A DNA stretch of 62,363 bases, the filler included, from Gonapodya sp. JEL0774 (lineage: Eukaryota), in assembly GCA_027604505.1 (NCBI GenBank). It is 11 parts of 11 records of this genome, joined end to end, with 100 filler letters (N's around TTAATTAATTAA, not from the genome) between each part and the next. Parts side by side here need not be neighbours in the genome. Positions count along the whole stretch, not along the records: positions 45,555 to 51,093 come from JADIIX010000703.1; positions 51,194 to 56,731 come from JADIIX010000704.1; positions 56,832 to 62,363 come from JADIIX010000705.1; 8 more parts are not named here. One strand, written 5' to 3'. Position numbers and translations under genes: made by a program. Below are positions 46,628-60,341 of this stretch, one piece after another (the stretch's first letter is position 1; every line of letters starts with the position of its first letter). The notes beneath the pieces were generated by a model, which searched no databases, had not been told where the DNA came from, and saw only the letters and a program-made list of their open reading frames with translations.

Positions 46628-49600
46628 ATGGCGGGCGACGACGTCGAGGCACCCGCGCTGAGCGACGAAGACCGTGAGCTCATACAGGCTCTTGTAGCTC
46701 TTGGAACAACATGGGAGGAGATGCTGGCGAATGGCCTCCCTGCGACAGTGGTGGCTGCTGCACGTAAGGAGGTGGAGAAACCAGATGAAATAGAGGACTC
46801 TCCGCGACCATGGACTCCCGATGAAGCAGAGCTCGAAGAAGGTGAAGTGGCTGGAGTGGAGGCAGTGCACGTAGCGCGATCAGCGAACGGTTTGGAAGCG
46901 CCGAACACTGCTAACACGGAGAATGCCGGTAAGACCACACAATGTCAACCACGTTGGACCTCCTAGCGTCCGGTTCTCATGCTCCCCTGTGTTTTCTTTT
47001 CGATGCAACTTTCGATGGTGGATGTACCCTTGTCTCGGATACTGAAAACAGTCATGGATCCCACGCAAATCCCAGGCAGTTCTGGTGCAGTATCGGTAAC
47101 GACTCCGAAGTCGTCAACCGTGCTTCCGTTTTCTGCATCGCAGAGTCACTCCTCTCCACCCAAAAATCCGACTCGAGATCAACGCGAGTCGTGGGTGGAT
47201 GACGAACAGGCAGATATGGAGCTCGACGAGGCCGATCTTTCACTTCAGACCAATACCGTTTCTTCTCCACGAGCGCTGAATGGGTCTAAGTCGATCACTG
47301 CATCGGATACTGAGCGCGATATAGGAGCATCCTCCTCAAAACTACAGAGAATTGCAATTGCTCCCAGTGGATCACGTAATTCACATCCCTCCCTGAACAC
47401 TGCTAATTCATCATTTGAAGCACTTCGTCGGAACAATAGCACCGAGAGTGTGGTCTATCGTCCTGGAACTCACTCCTCGGTTCCCTACACCCCCACAACA
47501 CCCAGTTATGCGCATCCTTCCGCCGGTGGAGCTCGTCATAACTCTTTTCACCCCTATGGGCACCCTTACCAGCCAGTTACTCTTCGCTCCCAGCTTACGA
47601 ACCTTCCACCATACGACCCGCCTGTAGTTTTGGATCTTTCAGACGAAGAAGACCAGCGGACAGTGAGATCTACGCGGACTCCGGAAGCAGAAGACCGAGA
47701 GATTCTTCTTCGCAAAATTGAAAGCAAGAAGGACGATATGGTGCGGCGGATTGCGGCACTTGAGCGGAAGAAACGGGAGCAGGCTAACGGGACCCCAAAT
47801 ACATCCAATGCTGCTGAACGAGTGGAAGTGGACCCGACTCAGAAATCGCTTCCGGAATCGCCTGCAATAGACTCCCTTGTGCCCGACGCGTTGATGCGGG
47901 TGAGTAGAGCTCGTGCCCGCCTCGAAACTACCCGAGCCCGAACAACTGCTGCCGCTACAGCGATCGACATGGCTCTTGCACGTTCCACACTCGTATCCGT
48001 TGAGCGCTCCATCACTGAATTACAAAATCGAGTCGCCTACCTTCGAACTGAGCTGCAAACGGCGGAAGCAGAACTTGTCAGTGCTCAAGCGAAACGTGTT
48101 GCAGCCGAGGAAACGCTGGCTTCGAAAACCATGGAAACACAGACGTTAATGGAAGAGGAATCTCTGGCTGCAAAAGAACTTGAGGTCGCCGAGGCGCATC
48201 TTGCGGAAATAAGGTCTGACGAAGAAGAGAGGGTGCGAAGATCTGAATTCGCTCGAAATGTTGAGGAAGTTGCTGCACAAGAGCAGATAAGGCTCAAAAC
48301 GCGAGACGAGGATAACACTCGGAAATCAACGGAAGCTGATGCCGCCCGAAAGCGAAATCTTGAAGAAGAACGACTAAAGTTGACCGAACAGCTTGCCAAG
48401 CGAACTGCCGACCTGGACGCGACACGTAAAAAGACCGTTATCATTGCGGCGTCTGCATTAACAAAACGTCCGGCACCAACAGCACCAGCAGGACCTCCCC
48501 CGAAGCGCATTGCATATGGGCCAGGACCAACAGAGATCCGCACAGCACCCAGCACGCCACCCCCCCTTGTAACGCCTAATATGCGACTGCCAGGATCAAA
48601 GCCAGAGCTTCCGCTTTTCGATCAATGGTTACACTCTCCCAGCACTGCATCACCAGACCGGGAGGTAAATGGCCCCACAATTGCGCAACGAGTGCTGGCA
48701 GAGCTCGGCGAAGAGACTTGGAAGAAAGATGAGACTATTGAATTTTTAAGTGTCATTGATGGTATACTCGCGAGGAAAGATTCGCATGCGGGACTTTCAG
48801 ATCTCAAACAGATTTTAGGTGGGAGCCGGGACGACGGGAACCAGGAATCGCATGTAAGTTGATCATTTAGGGCTCTAATCAGTCTCAAAGACTTAAAATG
48901 ACGACAATCTACTCCTCATAAAAGTCTGTTGTCCTACGAAAGGGGGAGACATCGAAAAACGACGCAACTCAAAGCTTGAATCCAGCCCAGAGGCTATCTT
49001 TGATTAAGCGTCGTATAGCGCAATCGGTCGTCGATCCAAACCGACGGTTCTGCCTGTTTGAACTCCAAGGGGGATCCTGCAATGATCCGAACTGCTCAAG
49101 TCAACACTTTATGGAAGTCGGCGTTGATGGTGAGTCAATTTCCGCATATTGGGTAAATCACTTTTGAAGCTCTAACATTCCGTTGGGGCCACCATAAAGA
49201 TGACTCCGCCCTCACATCCTTTGCACCGATTGCGTTTTCTCCTCTCAAAGAGGACCATCGAGCGAACCTTTTGGCACACTTAAGAACACGTCGTGCTGCT
49301 GGAGCGACCGCTGCTGAACTTTGTGCAGCGATGATGATAGCGTGGGAGATGGCGGCTAAGCTGAGAGTGGCTGTACTGGGAGACCTACCGCGAATCAGGA
49401 AGATAGGTGGAAAAGTTCGACCCGCACATTCGACACAAGCACCGAACGTTACCGATGAGTCAATGCCGGACAACCCCCAAGGAGTGGAAGGGTTGACCGC
49501 GGTTGCTGCTGATAACGGTCTCAAAATCTCTGAACTTCCTTTCACAGAGGGTCTTCGAAAGGTTTTGCGGGGCGAAAGTGCTAAGTCATCCAGATACTAC

Positions 49601-51093
49601 TCGGACTCTGACTATGAGCGGGTCATTTCACGGCGGCCCCAGGACTCACATCTCTGGCTGGAATACGCACTAGATTCACTACCGTCTCCATTAACAGTTG
49701 AAACCCTGGGTAGTAGTTCTTCCAAGCAGTTTACGAAAACCCTAAGCCTTCTCACCAGAGCACTTCAGACGAATCGAACTTCAGAGGACCTTTGGATAGT
49801 CTATTTGGATCTCTATGCTCACAGGGCGAAAGAAGTGGACACTAGGGGTATGTTTGAGACAGCACTCAAACAGGTGCCCACTGCGTTTCGTTGTTGGTGG
49901 AGATACATTGCGTGGGAAAGGGAGGCAGATAAGCGCAGGGCAATCACAGAGAGATTGATTCACGTCGCGTTCGACACCATAACTATCGATCCGAGTAAGC
50001 CATTTCATTTTAGATCTCTAAGAGTCTTCGAACATCGTCAGGAGTTTAATTAAACTCTCTCTTTCATCAACGTAGAATTACGCTCACGCACAATAACGGA
50101 CGCTGTTGTTTGTCTTGCAACAGTCTATGTGAATCTCGGAGAAGCCACGATGGCAGCTCTGGTTATCCGTAACCTTCTATTCGGCAAAACGATCGAGGAG
50201 GTCTTTGATCGCACATCAGATGCTTCCTCTGCTAGAGTCAACAATTCGAATTCAATTGCGTCAAGTCTTTCGGTAGAACTGCTGACGCCGTCGGACCTGT
50301 GTGCTCTTTGGCTTCTCTACTTTCATCTACGGTGGTTTGGCAGCATACCCATTGGCATGCTTGGATCCCCACCGAACAAGTTCGTCGTCAGTGGGGAACC
50401 ATTTTTGATTCTTTGGCGAAAAGCCGGACAACACAAGTTTGGTGATAGTTCGTTGGTACAAACTACTGGGCAACTTCTTTATTCGATGGTGGATTGGCTC
50501 CGAAAGGCCGGACAGAGTTACAAGAGGGAGTTTATTACCATGGTTATCAATGCCGCAGAGTTGATGAAGGATCTCAGGAATCCCCGAGATGAAATCGCGA
50601 GCTATATCAACCAGCTGCACAGAGAGGATCGCGAAAGCATCGAATTGTGGTATTTGAAGGCTGAATCTGAAGTAAGTTATCCCAGTACTACTGCCATGAT
50701 GATGATGACCTTAATGTCCATCAAAATTTGAAGGGATCACAAGCGATTTCCGAGTACATGCAGGCGCAACCCTGTGCTGCTATTCTGTGGAACTGTCTGA
50801 CAAAACTTGCAGTGCAGTCTGGTGATCAGACAACCGCCCTAGAGCTATTGATCAATTGTCCCAAGTCATACTTCGAGGATCATCCAGGGGTGCGTGGAAT
50901 CAGGCTGTTTTACTGAGTGGAACATGTTTAGATGATTCATGATCGGCTGCTTTGTTGCACAATGGTGCTACTCAAGACCATCTTACCTTCGAATGATGTT
51001 TCTTTCGACATCCAAAGATCGCTTTTTCTGTACAGGTCCCTTCTCGGTATTCCTATCACTGACGCACGGAGTGCTGTGGAATTGCGGCTCAAG
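46628..51093 (+). CDS. ZFC3H1/Red1-like zinc-finger protein (coiled coil, zf-C3H1, HAT/TPR repeats), 3'-truncated
   Basis: DPNRRFCLFELQGGSCNDPNCSSQH (zf-C3H1), long coiled coil, LSLLTRALQTNRTSEDLWIVYLDLY HAT-like repeats. Confidence 0.8.
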
Positions 51094-51193
51094 NNNNNNN
51101 NNNNNNNNNNNNNNNNNNNNNNNNNNNNNNNNNNNNNTTAATTAATTAANNNNNNNNNNNNNNNNNNNNNNNNNNNNNNNNNNNNNNNNNNNN

Positions 51194-53422
51194 GATATGC
51201 CCGATCGTGATATCGGGAATCGTGTCACCAAGCATCCCGCAGCTTCATCGATGCAATACTATACAATGCCGCTTGATGATTCATTTGTAGCGCCTGGACT
51301 CTCGTGCGAGAGGTGAGACTGACGTCGGAACTGTGATTCGAAATCATTCTACATTGAGTTTGACATGCCCGATTTTCCACTTATCGCCAAGAACAGATGC
51401 CCCGCCATTGGGAAGAAGTGCGATGGCACACTGTGAGCTTTCTGACTCTTTACGAGCGAAAGTTGTCGATGGGTTCTTGACGTGTTTTGATTCAGATCAC
51501 TCTGCAATAACTTCGAACAGCGCAAACCTGAGACACACTGTGACGATGGAACTGGCAAAAAGCTTCGCTTGGAGGAGTTGGAGCGAAAACTTCTGGTGCT
51601 GGAGGCAAAATTGGTCGAGGGACATCGAGCAGATCTCGAGAAGACTTCTGTAAGTATGAAACCTCTATGTTTTGGTTGCAGCTTTGAGCGCCGACGAATG
51701 GTCAAGTTACAGAACGTTAAAAGACCCCAAGGGCGACCACCGTCTGCCTTGAAATCTTCATCAAAGCCTCGCCAACGGGTTGTTCCTTACCGGGTTCCAT
51801 CACGGACTGGTGTTCCATCAAGGGGAAAGCGTACGTTCGCAATTGAAGCATGTTTACATCTTGCAACGCTTCTGACGCCAATCGCTCAGCAGCGGTAGTC
51901 AGAGGCAAGACCAAGACACTAGCTCGAGGTGTTTCCGAGCTCCCCGTACTCCCACCAGAGGAATGCATGACCTACCATCCGTATCTTGTCTGGAGCTCAT
52001 CAAACTATTTATTTCCCGCTATGTTTGTTGACCCGAAACTTGAAGGAGTGGACGTTCGATTCGTTCCAGGTTATGCCATGCTCGCACAACGGCCTGTCGG
52101 GGTATCGAGGCAAGTATTCATCCAATCCTGCTCTTCTAATGCCCAAAACGCAGTTTCTTACTTTGTGTACCCCACGGAATGCCAGGCTTGAGGGATGTGG
52201 ATCTCAACACCAGGAACAACAAATTGTGAACCGTAACGCCATTGGTGTTCGAACATCCCCCCGTCAAGCTAAAGTGTCTCCCGCATGCACAACTCAAGGT
52301 GTCCTTGTAAAGTGGCTCACTTCTCCTCGGGAGGACGAATAGTGGGTTCAATCTGACTTTCGAACAGAGTACAACGCAACGAGTGCAACCTCCCAGGACA
52401 TTTCTGCCTTGGTTCGCAGTTCCGTCCTCGAATACATACCCGCAGACGAATCGTCAGGTGGCAACTTGGAAGGCGGACCGTTGCCGTACATTTGTCCTTT
52501 GGGGACGTCGTATGATCCGGTGATTCCAATCAAACAGGATCAGTCACCAGAGTTACCTAAGCCAACTGCCATTGAACTGGAGAATAGATCAACTGCAATC
52601 CGAGTGTGTATCGGTGCTGCAGCTGTACGAACTTTTGATGTGAGTTTTCACCCATTCTGATGCAGTACCGAACAGAAATATCAAATGACAGTAGGCGCCG
52701 CAAATCATAATATCAGGAGCTTTACAGTCCACTCTCTCAATTGTTGTCGTCAGTACTGCTCACCTTCACACCCGCAACGGAAACTGTATCTGTACTCGCC
52801 AGCGGCACCTCCTGTGCTGGTAATATGTCAGCTCATTATGAGGAAGAAGACGATCAATGGATGTCCGTTAGTCAAGCAGCTGCCGAGGTTTGTTGTTGTC
52901 AACCAACTGCCGTCGTCATTCTAATTTCTTGGGTATTGTGTTTTTGGCGTAGCTCCAACGCCAAAACATGCACGCACAGAAAATCCTTCAATTCTTCCGA
53001 GATCAAGGGAGCTCATTCCAGACCAACGCCAATATTCGTATGTGCCATCCGATTGTGCTTTCTTCCAATTGAGCTGAGATTCATATTGCCCGCAGCGCTC
53101 GCGACAGTTCCTGGCAAAACTCCAAACCGGTTGGCAAACGATAGATCCGCAGATCTGGTAGAGTTTCTCATCGTGTGTTTGGAGAAATTTTGGCTTCGTT
53201 CTCATTCTGGTCATTCTGGGAATGTTTCTTTCGAATCTCTCTGCATACTCTCATAGGGTCTCGGTCGCCATTCTGAAGCTCCCGAAACTTGCCCCGGGGT
53301 CCAAAAGTCTGTCAAGTCTAGGGAGAGCCCAAAAGCTGCATATGGACATTGGAACTGCAATGTTTCGGGTCTCGCACCTGCAAAGGACAGTAGGGGTGTT
53401 ACCGGGTCCGGGTACAATATGA
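51194..53422 (+). CDS. Hypothetical multi-exon protein, 5'-truncated
   Basis: Series of open segments bounded by canonical splice sites (plus one probable GC-AG intron at 52110-52185); no recognisable domain; 3' end uncertain. Confidence 0.45.
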
Positions 53423-54362
53423 TCCAATTTCAAGCTGCTGCTGCTGGTCAAGTTCTTCACGGTGAGAAAGAGGCAGACAAGGCAACATTCATATGCACAA
53501 TTAAACTTACGGGTGCCTCCCTCCAGGTGCTAATGGACATATCACAGCAAGCCATTCCCCGTCCAGTGGTGGGCAGGAACTCCACTCACAAGCACCAACA
53601 CTCTCACAACCAGTTGTAAACGAAGAGTTCCCTGTCGGAGTCTTAATTTCTTCATCAGCTGACTTTGGCAGTACCGGTACTACTTCAATATTAGAATGTG
53701 TGCCGTTGGGAACTATTCCGAGAGACTCTCAGAGCAAACACTGTAAGCGAGACAGAAAGGCAGACTTCGATATTGTAGTTGAGATACCATTCTATCGCAG
53801 AGCAGAGAATTAATTGTATTATTTGTTGCGCATTTCGGCCATGATGAGAAATCGGGACACTCACAGCGTCCCACTTTCCAACAACGTGAACTCTCAGTGT
53901 CTGTGTTCGTCTTTCGATCACTGGAAATAAATTTTGCACGTTTTCCATCGAAGCAGGTTTTCTGCCTGTGATCATTCCTTGGCTCTTCCGAAAACTCGCC
54001 TCTAGTACGCAGCGCGTAAATCGTAACTACTTGGACCCACGAGTCCAAAGCGTTGTTGCACAAACGGGATTGCTGGCGTGCTTGCTATTTGGCCCTGCAC
54101 AGATTCATTCACAAAGACATGGGAAAGTGGGAACGTTTCCTTGACCCACACAAAACGATCTCATCCCATAAATACAAGATTCTTCTTCAATTTTTAATGT
54201 AAGGGATATCAATGCCTTGCACCAACATTAGATGTAAGGTTTATAGTTACAGTTGAGTTGGGAGGCAAAGAGACAAAAGGCTCGAAACCTTGCGTGTTCA
54301 GGATCATTTAGCACTGACTCAGGCACCAAGCGGGAAACGAGTCGGTCGGGAGAAGAGTGACG

Positions 54363-56625
54363 ATGGTGTTCCGACGATCTCCTGTTGCCATCGTGGCCTT
54401 GCTGGCCCTGGTCGCTCTCGTTTCACGTGATACCATTGCTTCCCCTTCGCTCGCCCGACCCCCCTGCAGCGTGGGAATCTACGATCCGTCAAAGGACTAC
54501 TTCCCCGATCAAGTGCAGCCGCGTGAGTCTCCGAGGTTGTTTCCTCTCCTGGTCTGGGTTGGGAGTTTCATTTGGAGAGCATCAGAACTGAGTGGCGTCC
54601 GTTTCGTCTCGTTGATCAGGTGCATCCACGGGATGGAAAATCGAATACTCCAAGAGCTACAAAGTGGTCACCAATGTGGTGATGAACTTGACCTATGTCC
54701 TCTGTGGGTGATGATTGTGACAACAAGTCTGCTGCACCTTCATTCGTTCTCCTGTTTATGGGGAATAGACCAGTGTGGGACACCCCTTCCGAGCGTCAAT
54801 CTATTCCCTAAGAACGCCAGCTACTTTGAAATTCCAGCGTATTTGATTGGGACGAGTAGTCGGACGATGCCAAGGTTCCTCGAGGTAAGTTTCACTGCTA
54901 TATCATGTACGAGGCGAGTACTCAACCCTGGCTTTGTCACCAAGCGTCTCGGACTGCGGGAGCAAATCCACCATGTTCCGGACGTGGACCTTATCACATC
55001 TCCTTGCCTACTGGAACTGGAGCGTGAGAACTTCACCACCTCACTCCCACTCGGATGGACAACGACTGGCGTTGACGTGGTTTTTGGACGGGGGCCAAAC
55101 GCTCCGAACGAAACTTCTGTGGACGTGAGGAATGGGCTCGTGATGGTGAGTCACAAGATATTCGAGAAGCGCTGCAAAGAACCGCATCCGGAGGTTCTCG
55201 CGGGTTCTCATCGCTACCGCAGGTCTCGGCTGTCACAGAGACGAATCTGCTCGCCAAATTTGAATGGATCAAGTTTATTTCGGCTTGGTTCAACCTCGAA
55301 GGAACTGCGGAGAGCATTTATTCCAAAGCCGCCAACACCTTGTGGGTGCAGCGGATCCCATGTGCTCGTTGAAATGCTCCTCCCAATCATCTCACTGTCA
55401 ATGTGTCCAGTCAATGTAACTCGGTAAATCTTCAAACTGCAACGTCCAACTTCAGTCAAATTCGCCGGCCTGTGGTCGCGTGGTTCGGAAGAACTCCAGA
55501 TGGAATGTTTGTTACATCCAACTTCACGTACAAGTACCAGGCAATCCTTGACGCAGGTGGGTAGTGGATACTCGTTGTCGGTTTTTGCCAAATTGTGTGA
55601 ATCACGGTCTTCTTTTCCGTTCCAGGTGGTTCTCCTGTCGTGGCTGCCGAACCGGTCAACCTCACAACCGTACAAAACCTGCTCAAGTCCGCCGACGTGC
55701 TCATCGACGAAACGGTGCTGAGCGCTTCACTCGCTGACATTGCCAGCGCATACGGGCTGGACGCTTCCCAGGCCAACGCGACGTCGTGGGTGGACGGGAA
55801 TACATATCCGTTTTTGTACAACAGGAGGATATATCAGTTGGATAGGATACTGACAGAGAACCGACAGACTGATGGTGAGTTTTTGGTTGAGAAGAGCTTG
55901 GTGGTGGCGGAGGGAGGGTTCCATCTGTGTTTCTCTTCCACGTTTACGCTCCCCAAGACTTTGACCAATCCTACTGGGCCATGCCGGACTATGTACAAGA
56001 AGATTTGATGCACATACTATGGCCCAACATCAATGCTCGATGGGGTTCTATCTGGTTCCGAAACGTGACTTCAGCAGGTATTCTTGGGATGGTCGTTTGC
56101 TGCTGGTGAATCCTCGCTCACCCTTCAGGTGCTTTCTCAGGTAGTGACGTCACAATAGCCACCGCGAGTCTCTGTCGCGACGGAGAAACCAACTCGACGT
56201 TCTCAGAGACCTACGGGAGCACCGAACCCGCCTGTCATTCTCCTTCACTCGACCTACTTACCTCCAAAAACGCCTTCTCCAACCGCGCCCCCAACGATAT
56301 TCCGAACCCGCAGTACGCAGGCGCCGTCAGCTCCACGCCGTCCTCGTCCGACCGCCCGTTCAACCTAATCGCGCTCATCACCTCACTCGCAGCCATCGTG
56401 GCCCTGGGAACCATTGTCGGCGTCTTGTACCTCCGCTACCGGTCCAGAGAGCGAACGTACATGGACAAGCGTGGGATCAGCTTGGCTCCCCTGGCAACGC
56501 ACCAGGGCCACGAGGAGGCGCCAGTCAAGGCGCCGGTGGAGGAGGGAGGAGCTGGCCGGTGGTTCAAACTTGAGGAAGAGGTTGATGTGACGGAGCAGGG
56601 GACGAGAGCAGGGGCGAACTATTGA
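54363..56625 (+). CDS. Signal-peptide, periplasmic-binding-protein-fold, single-pass membrane protein (CBA1-like)
   Basis: Signal peptide; YDPSKDYFPDQV, WKIEYSKSYKVVTN, TYVLYQCGTP, EWIKFISAWFNLEGTAESIY, ADVLIDET, PDYVQEDL; C-terminal TM LIALITSLAAIVALGTIVGVLYL. Confidence 0.75.
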
Positions 56626-56831
56626 ATGAGAGGAAGAGGGAACGGATCGGGCAGGCTTACCCGGGTTCCGGTTGCAGTGCACAACATGAAGTTTTGGCTA
56701 CCGAATCATCCGGACTTTGTTATGGTGGACGNNNNNNNNNNNNNNNNNNNNNNNNNNNNNNNNNNNNNNNNNNNNTTAATTAATTAANNNNNNNNNNNNN
56801 NNNNNNNNNNNNNNNNNNNNNNNNNNNNNNN

Positions 56832-57338
56832 GAGATCCATCAGGATTGTCACACACTCCTTTGCCGGTGTCAGTACATCGGCCCATCCAGCTCGCATTGG
56901 GGCACGCACTCAGATCGCAGCCGTTGTTGCATGTCGCACTGAAATTCCACACATCCCGACCATGAAAGCACTTAAAAATTGGCGCAATCAAGTACTATGC
57001 ATCAGGTAGTTCCAACCCACATGCCAGCGCAGTAGTATCCTCCATCGCACAAAGTCCAGTCCAGAGCGAAACACATGCCCGGAAAACGAGCGTCGGTCTT
57101 CAAATGCGATCCACAGGTGCCATTGACAGGTTTCTGGTCGTAGGCATTGACAAGTAATTCCAATCTTGCAAACAGGGTCATCAAAGCTTGGGAAGCAAAG
57201 GACATCGTTGGATGGGTGTCAGTGAGACGATCGTTGGTATGAAGGCATCTCTTGCAACTCTGCACGGGAAGAACGTTCTTTACCGACAAACTTTGTGCCC
57301 AGTCCGAGGCGTATTCCACCACGAAAAGTATGAGACAT
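56832..57338 (-). CDS. Cys-rich ectodomain protein, paralog of 57638-59601, 3'-truncated
   Basis: AYDQKPVNGTCGSHLKTDARFPGMCFALDWTLC...CPNASWMGRCTD is near-identical to the neighbour and has the same intron positions. Confidence 0.7.
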
Positions 57339-57637
57339 TGGTGTATCTTTCTCAGTGTTGGATGGGTTTGAATTGTCTTCTCCATTTTTGACATTTTTAG
57401 GATGCTTCCTGAGGATCAACTGGCCGATCACAAACCAAATAAACTTTCTGCCTTTCCCGATATCGTAATTATAGTATTTATGTATCTCAAACCGTTTGCT
57501 CTCTCCCGGATATGCTTGCAATTTATATCTGAGTCATCTCTTCTGCTGTTCGGACATCTAGTACATACATGGAGAACTGACAGGATGTGCATGTCATAAA
57601 TAGACTGTCTACACACGACTTACAAGAAATATTGCCT

Positions 57638-59601
57638 TTACATGAGTGGCGCGTAGGACGCTGTTGACGTTGGAGGAACCGTCCCAAGGGGGGCTGACGT
57701 CGGTAGAACGCCAATATGGTCCCCGACAGACCGAGGAAACAAGACATGCGACGGAACCGGAGGGACCTGCGCTCCAGGATAAGCCAACGAGTTGCTTCCT
57801 GCCCATGAACTAGCGGTGGAGGAGTTCGCTCCGTAGAGTGTCGAGTTGGACATCATGCTCGGCACATTTGAAACTCCAAGCGACGCAGCGACACGAGAGA
57901 GGTTCAAAGTGTCGATGGGGATCATTCCAAAAACGGAAGTGGTTTTGTTCACCCCGGTCGCCCATCCATCCCTGAACACATCTCGGAGCTCCACCAGATT
58001 CCCTGGAGCAAGTGCGACTTCATCCATGTTCGTGGGGGTATACTGTGCAAGTTGGTAGGGAATCCCGTCAGATGGGAGCTCAGACGTGTTTGTAAAAAAG
58101 AGAAAGAACGCAGCTTACTTGGGTGATAACTTCGAGCACGGGGCCAGCATAAGGAACACTCTGAGAAACTGCAACGCCAGGAGATCCCGCTAGAGTCGTA
58201 AACAGCCAATGCTCCTGTTTTGAAAGCTTCACAACGAAATCAGTTGTGTCATGAATAATAAGATGCGGGGACATAAGACGTTACGCACATCTACCGACAC
58301 GACCGGATACTGCGTCATGCTAGATGGAAAGTGGTTTGCAGGGGGGGGCGACCCTGCGACATTCGCAGAAGCTGAAGTCGGTGAGAGCGGTTTGACGACA
58401 GAGCTCTTTGGCTTGGACGCAGACGCTGCGTAGTCGTTACCATTGTTCAGATAGGTAGTCGAGCATTTGGGACAGTTCCGGCCTAGAAGCTTACCTGCAG
58501 CAGCTTGTTGTCTACTTCGCCTTCCGTACGTAAATCCGGCAAACACCACGAGGACAACCACGATAACGCCTCCAGCAGTGGCACCGGCAATGAGGCCTAC
58601 GTTTGGGCCGGAAGAAGAGTTGCTGCTCTGGGAGTCGGAGGTCAAAGGAGAGGAACTGACGGTGCCGGTGGCAGATGACACTCCGGACACTGTAGACAAC
58701 GCAAGCAGTGTGGACGAAGCCGACGAAGCCGACGAAGTAGCTTGTTCGCAAAAGATTTCGGACGTGAGAATGTGGACTGAAAGTGGATGCAAATACACTC
58801 ACTGGCGCTTGACGGGACGCATGCTTTTCCGGCTCCAACATACGCGTAGCCAGGGAAGCATTCTGAGGAAAACTCCAACCTTAGAGAACCACATTCAGAT
58901 ATTAGGGGATTAGTTCTCCTCACCAACGTTGCAGACGCCACCATCGCAATATCCCCAAGCGTTCGCGGTGGAGGGGACGGTGCAATCAGAGCACGTAGCT
59001 CCGCACTAGTATGGACAATTGAAAAGAATATCGGAGTTTTGAGACGTTGTAGCGGAATCTCATGTAACATGTGTTGGACTCACGGCAAGAAGTGACCCGG
59101 AGGGATCGCTGCATACCGACTTTGACGTATCCGTACAGCGGCCGATCCAGCTCGCAACAGGACAACCAGATATGTTGCAGGTATTGTTTCCACATGATGC
59201 GCTACAGATGCCAAGCAATCATGCCCGAATGGGCGTTTTCAACTTCGAGTAGGCATCCCGCGCTAAGACGACCATTGACTTACATTCCGGCGCACCATCC
59301 CCCAGTACAAATCGTCCAGTCTAATCCAAAACAGCGACCAGGAAACCGAGCATCTTGCTTCAAGTGTGACCCACAGGTGCCATTGACTGGTTTTTGGTCG
59401 TAGGCATCACCACGGGATACCAGTAGAGCAACGATGAACAAGGAGACTGTGAAGAACGATACGCATTCAAATTGGGTCCACGATGGGTGTCAGTCACGGA
59501 TGGGATCGCATCACGAACTGCTCGGAGGGCGTACCGAGGATGCAACGTCCATGAGATCTTGAACGCGCACTGGCACCAGGCTGATGTAGTAATGCTCCCA
59601 T
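57638..59601 (-). CDS. Type I membrane protein: Cys-rich ectodomain, Ser/Thr stalk, TM helix, cytoplasmic SH3
   Basis: Spliced signal peptide CILVSLFIVALLVSRGDA; Cys-rich exons; TM GLIAGATAGGVIVVVLVVFAGFTY-GRRSR; SH3 YTPTNMDEVALAPGNLVELRDVFRDGWATGVN...GMIP. Confidence 0.8.
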
Positions 59602-60341
59602 CTGCGTGACAAGAAAATTCTTTTCTTGCTGGGTCCACGCCGCAACGTCAGGCACAGCCAGGTAGGACCTGTCACTCTTTCTTTATACATATACCTCTCG
59701 GATTTATAGCGACTCCCACACAGCCACCTCAGAATGGGCAAGGCCTCTTCCCGCATCATGAACGTCCGCACCTGAAATAAATAATCACCTTCTGTTGAAC
59801 CAAGATTGCGTGCTCACCGCTGTATGAATTCGTTCAGGTGCGGATTCAATAAGTAACGACACCTTGCGCCACAGAGGTCGCGGCGGCGGAGATCAGGAGT
59901 CCGACCTCGGAGCACCTTGGAACACGTCTGTTACTGCACGCCTCCTCTCTAGGCTGTGAACCTCTGTACAAGATATATGTGTGACAGTGCCGCTGTCGGA
60001 GTTTGTGACTGGTTGTGAAATTGAAGATCGAAGGGGGCCGGTTGATGTGGCTCTTCCCTGAGTTCCGAGAATCTGATTCATACAGGTGACCTTCCAGTAC
60101 ATATATCTCTTGTTGCCGAACTCTCGAATGGAGGGTTCCGTATTTGCCTCCCGAACACATAGTTACCCGTGGCATGTTTTTGACGTAGTCTGCACTCTAT
60201 GATGGTGAGCGAAGTCACTGTTTTGTTGCATAGTATCGAAGTTAGAAGTGGTACATATATTAGTTGATTTGGTGTGCTAACCTGTTCTTGCCGACATGTG
60301 TCAGTACAATCACGAGTTTTTGTCGACATCATCACCGTATT

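Noticed and set aside
54100..54362. Cobalamin riboswitch upstream of the CBA1-like gene
   Set aside because: Only scattered GGGAA words; no B12-box or consistent pairing seen. An Rfam covariance search would be needed.
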